Below are positions 22,801 through 33,014 of a stretch of DNA of 64,000 nt, one piece after another. A program made the translations under genes and the position numbers. The stretch's first letter is position 1. Each line of letters opens with the position of its first letter. A model generated the notes under the pieces. The model had not been told where the DNA came from. It saw only the letters and a program-made list of their open reading frames with translations, and ran no database searches. This DNA comes from Macrostomum hystrix (lineage: Eukaryota > Animalia > Platyhelminthes), in the NCBI GenBank assembly GCA_950097015.1, contig CATNEN010000038.1, positions 30,194,001 through 30,258,000 of the forward strand. The letters run 5' to 3'.

Positions 22801-25800
22801 GTGAATCGACCGCATTTAAACGGCTAGTTACAAGAACAGAACGCACAAATGTACATGTACTTATCACTACCCTTATATTGAATGAGATAATAGATAAGAG
22901 ATATATTTTTAAAAAGCTCGTTCACAAGCGTAGCAGGAAGTTATTATTACTATTCGTTTCGCTGAGAACTCAAAACATGTGAGTTTTAAAACTGTTTATA
23001 TAAAAAATCTGTTTGACTAAATATAGAAAAAAGTTGAGATCAAATATGCACTAGAGAAATTGAACACTTGCGAGGGCCACCCGTGGAGTATGCGGGGAAA
23101 GAAATGAAAAACTGGGAATGAGATTGAAGATCTAAAGGGAGAGAAGAGAAGGCCTAGCATACAAACCCGCACCTCCCTTAGTGCTTTCCTGCCGAGTACA
23201 CGAATGCTATGCAACTTAAATGAACGGCGAGGGGAGAGAAATGATTGAGACAGGGGAAGAGACCAGAAACTAGAAGAGTAGATCTCCGTGCAAATGGTGG
23301 GCGGTTTAGGCAAAGCTATATGGCAAAGTAAATGTACACATGCGTGCTTCTATATATACATACATAAATGCTTAAGAGTACAACAAGCATGTGAGTGGAT
23401 GAGGGAAGCGTGCTGGCTAGCAAACAAAGAAGAAAAATACAGGGACACACAAGCACACAACGCGAGCGTGTTCTAATGGATTTTGATGACAGACGGGGCT
23501 AATGAAATGGCGAATTTAAGCGTACATATTCAAAAATACAGTTTTAAAATTGAATCCTTTTTCGACATTAGCCAGGAGATTAACTATACTTCTTAGAAAC
23601 TGATTATCGCCAGAGAACTTATCAGACATTTCGATAGAATAACGAATAAATAGGCGAAAAGGAGACAAAATTCGTATTTTGCTTTTTTAATGCGTCAAAC
23701 AAAAAAGTGACGCCCTCAAAGACGTTGTCTATGGTCGTCAAGCCCATTGAGGACACGCCTGCTAAGGCACAGGCGAGTTATTGACCTGATCTGACCACAA
23801 ACCTTTTTATAGTGTGTACTATAGAGCCCGTTATAAATTTGTCTATGGTTTATAAGCACTTTAATGGCAGGCATTGTAGCTATCTACTTCTATGGCAAAA
23901 CCCATTTAGACATGATTTTAAGCAGACTTCAACAAATTCGCAACGATTGTTCCCATTTTCTATATATACTACTTACTGATATAAAGTAAGTAGCGACATG
24001 GGACATGTATAAATAAAATATAACAAACGGAGACAACAAAGGTACATGTTTAAACTATAAGCTAATTCTAAACCGAAACTGTAAGTTAGGACTCCGGGCT
24101 ACAGGAATGTACCCCACCACCAAGGCGTGGTCGGAGTAATGAAGCGAGTTTTTGGCACATTTTCCTGTTCCTACACCATACCACATTTCTTTGCGGGACT
24201 GAATTTGAATATACTGAAAGCTTTTCCTTGCATATACATTTCATGTGTATATAAATGTGCTGCAAGGATCATTTTCTATTCGAGATTTAACCTGCGCCAA
24301 GCATTAATTATATCGGCTCTCTCGCATGATTTCCTATTAGTTTAGTTTTTTTTCTACTTTTCCTTACTCACAAAGTAGTTGCCACACAGTAAACCGCTAG
24401 ACTAGTATGAATCGAAGAGCTTCAAGTGGATACACCTTTCTGTGTAATTACGATGCCCATTTTCAAATATATAATATACGAGTTAATTCTGCAGTTTTTT
24501 ACAGACCCTAGAGCCACCTAAAGCTAAGACTTACTGAGTCTCATCTCTCCCGTGTCTCATCTCTCCCGTGTCTCATCTCTCCCGTGTCTCATCTCTCCCG
24601 TGTCTCATCTCTCCCGTGTCTCATCTCTCCCGTGTCTCATCTCTCCCGTGTCTCATCTCTCCCGTGTCTCATCTCTCCCGTGTCTCATCTCTCCCCAGTC
24701 TCATCTCTCCCGTGTCTCATCTCTCCCGTGTCTAATCTCTCTCCAGTATTATCTCTCCGTGTCTCATCTCTCCCCAGTCTCATCTCTCCCGTGTATCATC
24801 TCTCCCCTGTCTCATCTCTAATGTGTCTCATCTCTAACGTGTCTCATCTCTCCCGTATCTTAACTCTCCTGTGTCTCATCTCTAACGTGTCTCATCTCTA
24901 ACGTGTCTCATCTCTCCCGTATCTTAACTCTCCTGTGTCTCATCTCTCCCGTATCTTAACTCTCCCGTGTCTCATCTCTCCCCTGTCTCATCTCTAACGT
25001 GTCTCATCTCTAACGTGTCTCATCTCTCCCGTATCTTAACTCTCCTGTGTCTCATCTCTCCCCTGTCTCATCTCTAACGTGTCTCATCTCTAACGTGTCT
25101 CATCTCTAACGTGTCTCATCTCTCCCGTATCTTAACTCTCCTGTGTCTCATCTCTCCCCTGTCTCATCTCTAACGTGTCTCATCTCTAACGTGTCTCATC
25201 TCTCCCGTATCTTAACTCTCCTGTGTCTCATCTCTCCCCTGTCTCATCTCTAACGTGTCTCATCTCTAACGTGTCTCATCTCTAACGTGTCTCATCTCTC
25301 CCGTATCTTAACTCTCCTGTGTCTCATCTGTAACGTGTCTCATATTTTCTTATTTTTGCCTCATATAAAATTTCTCTTTTTTTCTGTCACCATAACTTTA
25401 TATACTAATTGAATGAGAAAGCAGAAAAAGGAGTACTCTAGTACTCTAAAAGCACACATTGTGAATCTTTTCGTGCATTATATTAACTAAATCAACCTAA
25501 AGGCAAGCCTTAACACAAAATACATGACGGTGGGTATCTTATCACGAAGTCATAAAAATTGATAATGGCTTGCATTTAACGCATGACTTACCAGTCAACT
25601 TATAAGTACATTCCAGAGAGATTTGACAGTGTACACTAAGAAGCCCATTCACGAAAACAAATCTATAGAAAAAATAAAGCTTTGTAATTTTTCTGCGTTG
25701 CAGTACATGTGGACAGACTAGCTTTCCTAAAGTCCATCCGTGACCTCCCAAACAGACGGAATAAAAAATTAGTTAGCAAATTCGGTTAGCACAGTTGAAG

Positions 25801-28255
25801 AAAAAAACTTCGGTTAACAGAAATTTCCCAATTAGACAAGCGCCTGAAACTATCTGGCCAATGTTGACTTTTCTAGTAGTTAATAATTCAAATCTTATCT
25901 GATGTCAGCATTTATAAACTAACCTTTGTAAACTTTTAGGAGCTAAGTTTGCTTTAAAAACTATTTAGCTAGTACGCAGAAAGTGTATTGTAGAATTAGG
26001 TAGGGCCTACTAGGACCTAAGACCTAAGAAGACCTAGTATACAAACTAGGACCACACCGCATGATAGTAGATTAGAGAAGGACCATCACAGCATGATAGT
26101 AGATAAGAGAAGGACCATCACAGGATGATAGTAGATAAGAGAAGGACCATCACAGCATGATAGTAGATAAGAGAAGGACCATCACAGGATGATAGTAGAT
26201 AAGAGAAGGACCATCACAGGATGATAGTAGATAAGAGAAGGACCATCAGAGCATGATAGTAGATAGTAGCTGATCGTGGTGCCAATTTACTTGGTTCTTA
26301 AGAAAAGTACCATATGATTTTTTAATTCTGACCATAATTCTACATTTCGCTACAAACTCTATCTTTTTTATGTTCGTCAGATAAAGGTCCCACATTCAGG
26401 GGGTCGGTGGCAGAGCGGTTAACGCGTTTGCCTCTCGATTCCACGGCGAGGCCACATTTATTTGGGGCGCAGCCGCGGAGAAAAGACTTGGGGGCTTGTC
26501 GTGCAATTTACGCCCTTGAGGGCCAACCTCCAAGGCACAGTGAAGTGTACACTGCCTGACGATGAGAAAGTCAGGGCAGATGTACACACCTGTGTGAGCG
26601 TGTGCCTGCGTACAGTATCCGTGTGCGTGTGTGCTCAGGAGTCAGCGAAATGGACGGAATTGCCTCCTCGCTGGCTGCGGGTCTAGTGTCACTAAATGAT
26701 GTACCATTGCCCGCAGCCCTCCTGCAATTATTATTATTATTATATTAAGGTCCCACATTCACAAATCTATAGACATAGTTGCATATCCACATTATTCACC
26801 TTTATCGGTTTTCTATAGCGCTAAAGTAGAGGCAGCAACTAGCGCAGTGGAAGAGACTGGGAAGATAAAAATAGATTTATATCGTTTTCTTTCTGCGACA
26901 GCCCATTATGCGGGGTTTACTGATGCTGTGTGGGATTATATCCCATTTAATATGACTGTCTGTCAGTTTTCTGCATCGACGAACAATCGAGTGTCAATGA
27001 TTCTGGAATCGGTTGGATAGGCGATAATGTGCCCGCTGCTGATGCTTAGAAAACCCGAGTTTCTAATACATTCAATATACCTAAGTTATTATATTCTAAA
27101 CACGCAGAACGTACGGAAACGTATTAAAAAGAGAAATATAAATATCAAAGCAAAGTGTGCATATAATTTATATAACTAGCCAACAGAGTAAAGTCTAATA
27201 GTCGTCTGTAGCTGAGGGCCAATGTAGCAAAAAATATGCATTTTTTCGAAGCTTGAAGCAACTGGGTGGATGGGTTGTAGGTGTACATGAGTGAGTGAGT
27301 GTACACAAATGGATAGATGGGTTGTAGGTGTATATGAGTGAGTGTGTGTACACAAATGGATAGATGGGTTGTAGGTGTATATGAGTGAGTGTGTGTACAC
27401 AAATGGATAGATGGGTTGTAGGTGTACATGAGTGAGTGAGTGTACACAAATGGATAGATGGGTTGTAGGTGAATATGAGTGAGTGTGTACACTAATGGGT
27501 CAATGTGTTGTAGGTGTATATGAGTGAGTGTGTGTACACAAATGGATAGATGGGTTGTAGGTGTATATGAGTGTGTGAGTGTACACAAATGGATAGATTA
27601 GTTGTAGGTGTATATGAGTGAGTGTGTACACTAATGGGTCAATGGGTTGTAGGTGCTCATGATTAAGTGAGTGTACACAAATGGATAGATGGGTTGTAGG
27701 TGTATATGAGTGAGAGTGAGTGAGTGTACACAAATGGATAGATTGGTTGTAGGTGTATATGAGTGAGTGTGTACACTAATGGGTGGATGGGTTGTAGGTG
27801 TACATAAGTGAGTGAGTGTACACTAATGGGTGGATGGGTTGTAGGTGTACATAAGTGAGTAAGTGTACACTATTGGGTGGATGGGTTGTAGGTGTTCCTG
27901 ATTAAGTGAGTGTACACTGATGGGGTGGATAGGCTATTGATATCAGTGAGTGTAGCTTATATTGTAGCTTATATTATATTATACTAGCTATACTGGAAGA
28001 ATATATTGCAGTTAGCCTCTCTGTTGTAATCTGGCTTAAAAAAATAATTTTGCAGCTAACTGCTTGAGTAAAAATGATGTATTCACAGAAGAATACACAA
28101 CAATTCTGATGCCCCTAAATAGCAAAACCATTTAGTGAGGATGACAAAATTAATTTAATTGAAAAATACAAAAAGCAGACTGTCACCAATATAAACTTAC
28201 TTTCATCAGTTGAGTCATTGCCAAGAAATCCAGCAGAAACTTGACTCCTTGCCAT
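1029..28255 (-). CDS. DMD: Dystrophin/utrophin-like gene, 5' part (tandem CH actin-binding domains plus spectrin-repeat rod); 14 coding exons, about 1517 codons in window, continues past left edge
   Basis: Exons 28255-28201, 20355-20294, 19412-18872, 18274-18093, 11256-10612, 10119-9940, 9193-8927, 8740-8213, 7610-7020, 5752-5441, 4813-4433, 3686-3327, 2842-2634, 1266-1029. All introns are GT..AG and phases are mutually compatible. Motifs: QKKVLTRWINYQL, SDLYADLRDG, LLDWCQ..YPGVHIANLTVSWKDGLGFLAILH, PDKKSVSVYL, and YQHSLERCLGWLFEAED (cf. dystrophin repeat 1 YQTALEEVLSWLLSAED). Confidence 0.85.
1411..2562. repeat. 28-bp minisatellite (ggttcaatggtgagattttgagaccact)n, about 41 copies
   Basis: Directly visible. 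Confidence 0.98.
2634..2842 (-). CDS. Dystrophin-like spectrin-repeat exon (phase 0 to 2)
   Basis: MQEWLPAAE motif; TAG and GTAAGT boundaries, 209 nt. Confidence 0.85.
3050..3245. repeat. 20-bp minisatellite (gaaatctcaccctacggact)n, about 9 copies
   Basis: Directly visible, with degenerate copies in the flanks. Confidence 0.95.
3327..3686 (-). CDS. Dystrophin-like rod exon
   Basis: TTTCAG and GTTTGT boundaries, 360 nt. Confidence 0.8.
3800..4400. repeat. 27-bp minisatellite (gtcatatcagttatggtcatagtgaca)n with 189-bp higher-order period
   Basis: Variant unit atcatatcaatt recurs at 3901, 4090 and 4279 (7 x 27). Confidence 0.97.
4433..4813 (-). CDS. Dystrophin-like rod exon with poly-Ala insert
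   Basis: TAG and GTTTGT boundaries, 381 nt. Confidence 0.8.
4828..5325. repeat. (GATT)n microsatellite followed by 38-bp minisatellite (attgatgtaggaatacaatggattgctaatctatcccc)n, about 12 near-perfect copies
   Basis: Directly visible. Confidence 0.97.
5441..5752 (-). CDS. Dystrophin-like spectrin-repeat exon
   Basis: SQLQELENWTLDM...; TTTTCAG and GTAAGC boundaries, 312 nt. Confidence 0.8.
5778..6728. repeat. 28-bp minisatellite (agaatagccaggtgagaatatcaggggt)n, about 34 copies
   Basis: Directly visible; degenerate units continue to about 7000. Confidence 0.98.
7020..7610 (-). CDS. Dystrophin-like spectrin-repeat exon
   Basis: ORF 6828..7586; CAG and GTGAGT boundaries, 591 nt. Confidence 0.8.
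7750..8165. repeat. 12-bp degenerate minisatellite (gagcaggtaaat)n
   Basis: Directly visible. Confidence 0.9.
8213..8740 (-). CDS. Dystrophin-like spectrin-repeat exon
   Basis: LLDWFDRIE ... IEQRWSEL spectrin signature; 528 nt. Confidence 0.85.
8927..9193 (-). CDS. Dystrophin-like rod exon
   Basis: CAG and GTTTGC boundaries, 267 nt, phase 0-0. Confidence 0.75.
9222..9750. repeat. 29/31-bp minisatellite (ttagacagagattcgactgtctaaaacccaa)n, about 17 copies, each an 8-bp hairpin
   Basis: TTAGACAG and CTGTCTAA are inverted within each unit. Confidence 0.97.
9940..10119 (-). CDS. Dystrophin-like exon, spectrin repeats 2-3
   Basis: ALAARWTD..LQSALLAWRQF aligns with dystrophin LGDRWAN..LQDILLKWQRL; 180 nt. 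Confidence 0.85.
10270..10405 (-). mobile_element. SINE family B, partial (tRNA-like head plus central domain)
   Basis: Minus strand GGGGTTCGATTC B-box, then CCTTAAGCAAGACACTTAA...CAGCTGTTAAAT; similar to 20688-20935. Confidence 0.7.
10612..11256 (-). CDS. Dystrophin-like exon, spectrin repeats 1-2
   Basis: ORF 10561..11322; 645 nt, phase 0-0. Confidence 0.9.
11898..13550 (+). CDS. Nested gene: type I membrane protein with signal peptide, divergent C-type-lectin-like ectodomain and one TM helix (about 304 aa; exons 11898-12231, 12970-13550)
   Basis: Hydrophobic N-terminus MILILIRLVILTATLTASLA. G|GTGAGT donor and TTTCCAG acceptor, both phase 1, join ORFs 11835..12398 and 13068..13550. AERFC, FYLG, C and SC..ILCK spacing is CTLD-like. 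TM AALFWTLAGGASALLLSLATSTIILAVCSV followed by KFRRR. Confidence 0.75.
12250..12448 (+). mobile_element. SINE family A, partial copy
   Basis: Similar to 26399-26746 (gagctcgattcc...gaggccacatt...gtgtacactgcc...gatgagaaagtcagggcagatgtacacac). Confidence 0.8.
14213..18005. repeat. 26-bp satellite (ctagcttaggaaagagaattaggaga)n, about 145 copies, with an internal duplication of about 1.56-1.59 kb
   Basis: Directly visible; rare variant gagactatct at 14261 and 15823, and the following variants recur in the same order. Confidence 0.98.
18093..18274 (-). CDS. Dystrophin-like exon, CH2 end and hinge (DLLLSPTPDKKSVSVYL)
   Basis: TAG acceptor, GTAGGC donor, phase 1 to 0. Confidence 0.85.
18348..18640. 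repeat. Degenerate 27-28-bp repeat (ttttcttcacacctgttttaattagc)n
   Basis: About 9 imperfect copies with a cacctg core. Confidence 0.85.
18872..19412 (-). CDS. Dystrophin-like exon, CH1 end and CH2
   Basis: ORF 18849..19382 with CH motifs; CAG acceptor at 19415-19413, GTGAGA donor. Confidence 0.9.
20294..20355 (-). CDS. Dystrophin-like exon, start of CH1 (QSLETQKKVLTRWINYQLAK)
   Basis: 62 nt, CAG acceptor, GTGAGT donor, phase 1 to 0; too short for the ORF track. Confidence 0.9.
20688..20935 (-). mobile_element. SINE family B (tRNA-derived, CORE/Meta-like central segment)
   Basis: Minus strand GTGGTTAG A-box region, GGTTCGATTCC B-box, GTGTCCTTTAGCAAGGCACTTAAC...CACCCAGCTGTTAAATGGGTACC. Related copies at 10270, 39212 and 61935; 3' fragments at about 10485-10535, 11360-11445 and 21870-21975. 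Confidence 0.8.
22058..22445 (-). mobile_element. SINE family C, apparently full length, (ATT)n tail
   Basis: Minus strand GGCGGATAGCTCAGTCAGTAAG A-box and GGTTCGACTCC B-box; ends GGGTCTAGTGTCAATTATTATTATT; possible TSD tgctaata at 22050 and 22450. Confidence 0.75.
24537..25342. repeat. 16-bp minisatellite (gtgtctcatctctccc)n, about 50 copies
   Basis: Directly visible; gives rise to spurious ORFs 24552..24821 and 24584..24901. Confidence 0.97.
26059..26265. repeat. 32-bp minisatellite (gcatgatagtagataagagaaggaccatcaca)n, about 6 copies
   Basis: Directly visible. Confidence 0.95.
26399..26746 (+). mobile_element. SINE family A, near full-length young copy with 15-bp TSD
   Basis: TGGCAGAGCGG A-box, TCGATTCC B-box remnant, (ATT)n tail; TSD aaggtcccacattca at 26384-26398 and 26747-26761. 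Confidence 0.9.
27264..27932. repeat. 43-47-bp minisatellite (gtacacaaatggatagatgggttgtaggtgtatatgagtgagtgtgt)n, about 14 copies
   Basis: Directly visible. Confidence 0.96.
28201..28255 (-). CDS. Dystrophin-like putative first coding exon (MARSQVSAGFLGNDSTDE)
   Basis: ATG at 28255, 55 nt, ends in a perfect GTAAGT donor in phase 1, matching the phase-1 acceptor of the next exon; AG acceptor 2 nt before the ATG. Confidence 0.6.
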
Positions 28256-31179
28256 GCCTACACAGCACAAATAGCCTTGGTTGCCTTACTGATTGTAGCA
28301 AGCATAAACTCTTGTAGTGCTTTTTGATCTGAAATAGAACAAGTTTGTGGATTTTGACAAGCATAACAAATACTATGTGACAATACCTAACACAAATTCC
28401 AAAAATACAAGCATCTTGATTCTGGTATTTAGAAAAATTGAAGCAGAAAATTGTACTTGAAATTTGTACTTAAAAGATATAACAAGCTTTTGCAAAAAAT
28501 GTTATTCTAAAATCATACATTTTAGCATATTTTAACTTTCACACATAATTTAAAGAGCAAAATATGAAACAAGTAGATTATACAGTAATTCAGAAGCAAT
28601 AAATTTACAACTATGATACAATAATTTCAATACTAAACAACAATAAATTTATTTTTATACTTTTTGCTTTTTTAATACCTTTGACTTTAAACAAGTAACC
28701 TAACTAAAGTTATTTGAATTACTTATACATTTTTGTTTACCTAAGAATAGCTAGGCAAAGAAAAAGTTTCCAGACAGAAAGAATTTATTGTGCTTAGGCC
28801 CTAGCAGTTTATAGAAATACTACCAATAGCACTGACAAAGTTGTAAACTGAATATTGTGAGTGAGTAAAAAATAAAAATGCTAGGCCTAAATAGATTGTT
28901 TAAAATTATACTGGTTATAAATAATCAAATACACAACATATCTAGGCCTAGCCTAACTTGTAAACAAGTTAGGGGCCTACATCACTACAAAGTTAAACAA
29001 AAACAAGTGTACAAGATAACAGGGTAAACATTTGGGTTGGCCGGGTAGCTACAGGCCTACAGCTACAGGCCAACAGCCGAATAGGAGTAGGTACTCAGGG
29101 ACTACTAAATACTCCCTACTAAATACTAAATACTACTTTACTGAGTAAGTATGAGGATTTAGTCTCTGACTCCCTGTAGGTTGGTACCACTTAGACTTAG
29201 TTAAACATTTAGAATATAGTATTTTGCTAAGCCTATGCTAAATAGTAAATGTGGCTTTGGTGTCTTATGACGTTATCGAAAATGGCGATTTTTTAATTAG
29301 TTAGGCCCTACATCATCTAGTCTTATCAACTAATCAAAAGGAAAATTTTTACACTAATCCATGTCTAAAATGTACATAATGTGTATAATATACACTTTTC
29401 ACATATATAAATGATACAAGCCGGAATACCTACGTAAATAGCCAGATTTCTAGCTATATAAACGAACAAAACTTATTACAAAGCCATGCATACGGGCACA
29501 TGTTAGGCGTAGATAGCTGGTGTCCGTCACTCAGATTAATTAAATTATTATTTAATTAACGATTTGAACTTGTGCTATTTAAATGATAATGTAACCAAAC
29601 ATGTTATAACAAAAAACAATTGTTATCAGGAAATTTTATGACATTTCTTTGATATATTTAGTATCGCAAACAAATAAACATCCTTGGTATGAAGTCGGTT
29701 TAGCACTTGAAGCATTTAAAGTATTTTATTTTAAAGGTCAATCACTTGCATGACAATTGCAACATTGGATATCAACATTTATTTCTGTTCCGATGTTGAA
29801 TACTGAGTCGCCATATGACAATGATAATGAACTGCAAGACAGACTGTGAACTCCGTTACAGGAGAACCGATAGAATCAACGTAGAATCAAGGTTCTCTTG
29901 TCCGGGATTTCCTGGATGGCATTGAGCTAGAAGAAGCTAGGACTAGGTCCTGGCTAACAGAGCTAGGGACCAAATTACTTATAAGAGAAGGAAGCCAAAC
30001 GCCGAAAGCATCTCATCGGCCCAGTACATGATCAGCAACTTAAGATTGACGATGCATGCAGATGATCAAGGAGCGCGCGTTCTGGATCAGCAGACACTAT
30101 AAAATATATATATTGAAGTATTTGCGCTACAGGTTCAGATCGAAGAGCTGTTCGACACTGGCTTCAGTGCTGCCCAGGTGAACCGATTCGATGAATGCTA
30201 CCGCACTTGGCAAGCGGACATGCGATAGGGCAAAGAGCCCAGCTAGTTACCGAGCACCTGCTGATTCCATGATTCCGGAATAGTCCGGATCAACTACAAT
30301 CATCGCCGCGGCTGCTATATCCAGCTGCAAACTCCAGCTTGAGTGCCGCATCTGCTTTGAGCCCGAACCGAAGGCCCTCAATCCATCAAAAACTGAATGA
30401 GGCGTTGTCCGTTTTTAAACCGGAGAGTCGGTCTAATACTCAGTCGAATTTTAGTACCGATCGTCATTCCGCTCACATCAAGAGTGGTTGTTTGTAACCG
30501 AGCGCCTGCATGGTTGTCTGAGCTGGTGGAGGACCCATGCAGATCGCGATTTCATCCTTGACGGCCGCATCGCTAATATATGGTTTTCGTATTAGCGAAA
30601 ACTGATGGTGGAGAGCTTCCATAATTATTTAGTGCTAACTACATGTCGATGGCTAACTCTCCACCGCGCTAGGCATCTACAGATCAAACGTCAACGTCAG
30701 ATCACTGTGAACTGACGTTGCGGCACTCAAAGACGAACCAGCTCGGCGAACGACTACAGCGCGTGAATCTGCCCAATCTGCTCGGTGTCGGCTTGACTCC
30801 TCTGTGACTGTTTCGAGCTCTAAAGAGGTAGCTGGCTCTTGCTGTCACTCAATCCATGTGCGTTGCTCGCCCGCCCTGTTCGCAACTTTGGCAAGCAAAT
30901 CAACGAATAGCAAAGGGCATGAATATGCATTCGTAGTGTGCGTTTACCTGCGAAGTTACCTTTGCTCGACTCGTACATTGATACTATTTTCGTAACTTCA
31001 GTCGTGAATTACGTTGTCTCTGTTTTTAGACACACCGAGCATCTAAGAGTATCTCAATCCTCCCTCTCTCAAACTTTTGTAAATTTTAAAAAGAATATTT
31101 AGCTACGAGCTACACACGTATATGAGGCCCTTCGTCGCCTTTTTCTTGTCGCCCTTGCCTGTTCAAATATATATTTACC

Positions 31180-31565
31180 ATGAATCAGTTGCGCCAACTG
31201 GCTCTACTGCTGCTGCTGTTGCTGTTAATTGAGTTTTCCCCAGCATTTGCATCCAGCAGCCAGGAAAACAGGAACATCGTCGAGAGAAACTATCCCGATA
31301 GTCCGGTCGAGAGATGGGTGAGCTTCATTTGACTTGGCCTATTTTTTATCACCTGAGACGAATCGAGCTTTTAACTTTTACCTTCTGCCAGGTTGCCACC
31401 CACCTTGGCGACGAGTTGCCAAATATGCGAGATGATCTCATTCGCAGAAAGGATGCGGGCGAGGGATTCTTCGAGAGGCACGCCAAGGCCTATATCGATC
31501 CGAGCAACTGGGCCGTTGATAGGGACAATGACCGAAAGGAGAATGCGAATCCTTGGCGGCCATGA
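31180..31565 (+). CDS. Small secreted protein or prepropeptide, copy 1 (103 aa; exons 31180-31317, 31392-31565)
   Basis: MNQLRQLALLLLLLLLIEFSPAFA signal-like leader; TGG|GTGAGC donor and TGCCAG|GTT acceptor in phase 0; the same structure is conserved in the second copy. Confidence 0.8.
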
Positions 31566-31949
31566 AGGCTTTGATGATGCGATTTCAAAGTGGAATCAAA
31601 GACCCGCTACTAAGAGGGCTAAAAACATTTATTCAGAAAAATTCACGATTATATCACACAAAGCGTTTGATTCTGAAACACCTGACTACTTGTATTGCAT
31701 TGAAAAAAAATAATTGTACGGGTTAATATCAACATACAGACTTCTGTTTAATTTATATGAGTTATTAATAAATTTGTAATTTAAAATGCGCCGCTGATCA
31801 ACAAAAAAACTAAATCAAAATAGTTCCATTCGCTTTTTGTTCGGTTTTACCTGTTTTAAGCTTTCTTTATATAAGGAATATACTATAGTATAAGGAATAA
31901 AACTTTCAAAGACGTCTGTCGTCAGCATCGCTGAGATATTCAACGATTC

Positions 31950-33014
31950 TTCGTTGGCGGTGCTGCGGTTGCCAGGAAGCAAGAGCGTCTGGCGCTACGT
32001 GAATTGGGATATGGAAGCTGATGCGGCCTTCCGGGACCTGCCAATTAACTACAAAGGAGGCTGCTGTTCCTCTGATGGCGTTGCTGTCGTGGCGCGAGTG
32101 TCTGCTTAATTGCCGGCTGTGCATCTACTGCGATAATATGGCGGCGTGCTGAATTATCAACAATGGGGTCTCCAAGTTTCCTCTGCCGATGCGGCTGTTG
32201 CAGACTGTGGCGCCGCGCTTATCACGTCCCGGGTGTCGTATCAAATATTCGCCGACGCTGCGTCTCGGCTGCATGATCCCAATCAAACCTGGCTGGCATC
32301 GTTGGCTCGCGTCTGAGGGCTTACAGCAGCCTCCGTGGTCACGCCAGCTCGCTTTTCCTCTGGTTCCAGCTGAAGGACATTTAAGATTTGACTCAGCCAG
32401 ACCCTCAGCCAGAACCTGCTGCGCGGCTGCAAGCGGACGCTAGGGCTGCGGGTTCAAAAAAAGCTGCCAACTGGTCTCTGGTTGACAAGAACGACAACAA
32501 GCAGCTCGGCTGCTGGGCGGCCATCATCACTGCCTGGTTGGGAATGATGCGGAAGTCTTCAATCCTTCGATCGTCAACTCGGAAGGAGGAGAGCGTGCTA
32601 AGGTTGTCGAATCTCTCAGCGCACCGAAACGGCCTTGTCCAATTCCGGGACCCGGTGCACCGCGTCCTGCTTCCGAAGTTCCCGGCCTGCCCCGCTCTCT
32701 GCCCGGTAACTTCCATGCGCCGGCACCTCTGTGCTAACAGGTTGGCAGCGGCCGAGGCGCCACTGTGGTCCTTCATCGACCGCGAAGGGCAGCGGAACCA
32801 CTTGGCTGCTCGTGATTTGGACTGCTTTCTGCGCTCTAAGCTGCTGGAAGCTGGGTTTGACTGCAAGCTCTTCTCAGCCCACAGCCTGCCGGTGACAGAG
32901 ATCCAGCGAATCGGCGACTGGAAGAGCTCGGCCGTGGAGCGCTACCAGCCGCGCCCTGGTGTTGCTTCGTCTGCCTGCGCGCGGTACTCTGCGGCCCTTT
33001 GTGCACAGTTTTAG
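31950..33014 (+). mobile_element. Decayed DIRS/Ngaro(PAT)-type tyrosine-recombinase retrotransposon fragment (RNase H plus YR)
   Basis: RNase H remnants IYCDNMAAC*IINNGVSK (about 32122-32177) and HVPG..N..ADAASR (about 32223-32268, frameshifted). YR remnants GMMRKSS, LCPV, FSAHSL and IGDWKSSAVERY in ORF 32388..33014, with the segment after HSL (catalytic Arg) deleted. Confidence 0.8.

Noticed and set aside
26556-26575. Hammerhead ribozyme in SINE A (CTGACGA...GAAA)
   Set aside because: Only 3 nt separate CUGANGA from GAAA (no stem II), no stem III or cleavage triplet geometry is evident, and the bases are used by a simple hairpin.
28790-29310. Cluster of TAGGCCTA-like palindromes and a 10-bp hairpin upstream of the dystrophin start
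   Set aside because: Short low-complexity words with no evidence of function.
29850-30850. GC-richer, coding-looking stretch (VQIEELFDTGFSAAQVNRFDECYRTW, CRICFEPE)
   Set aside because: All frames are interrupted by stops and I recognise no family; it may be a decayed gene or transposon but cannot be supported without a search.
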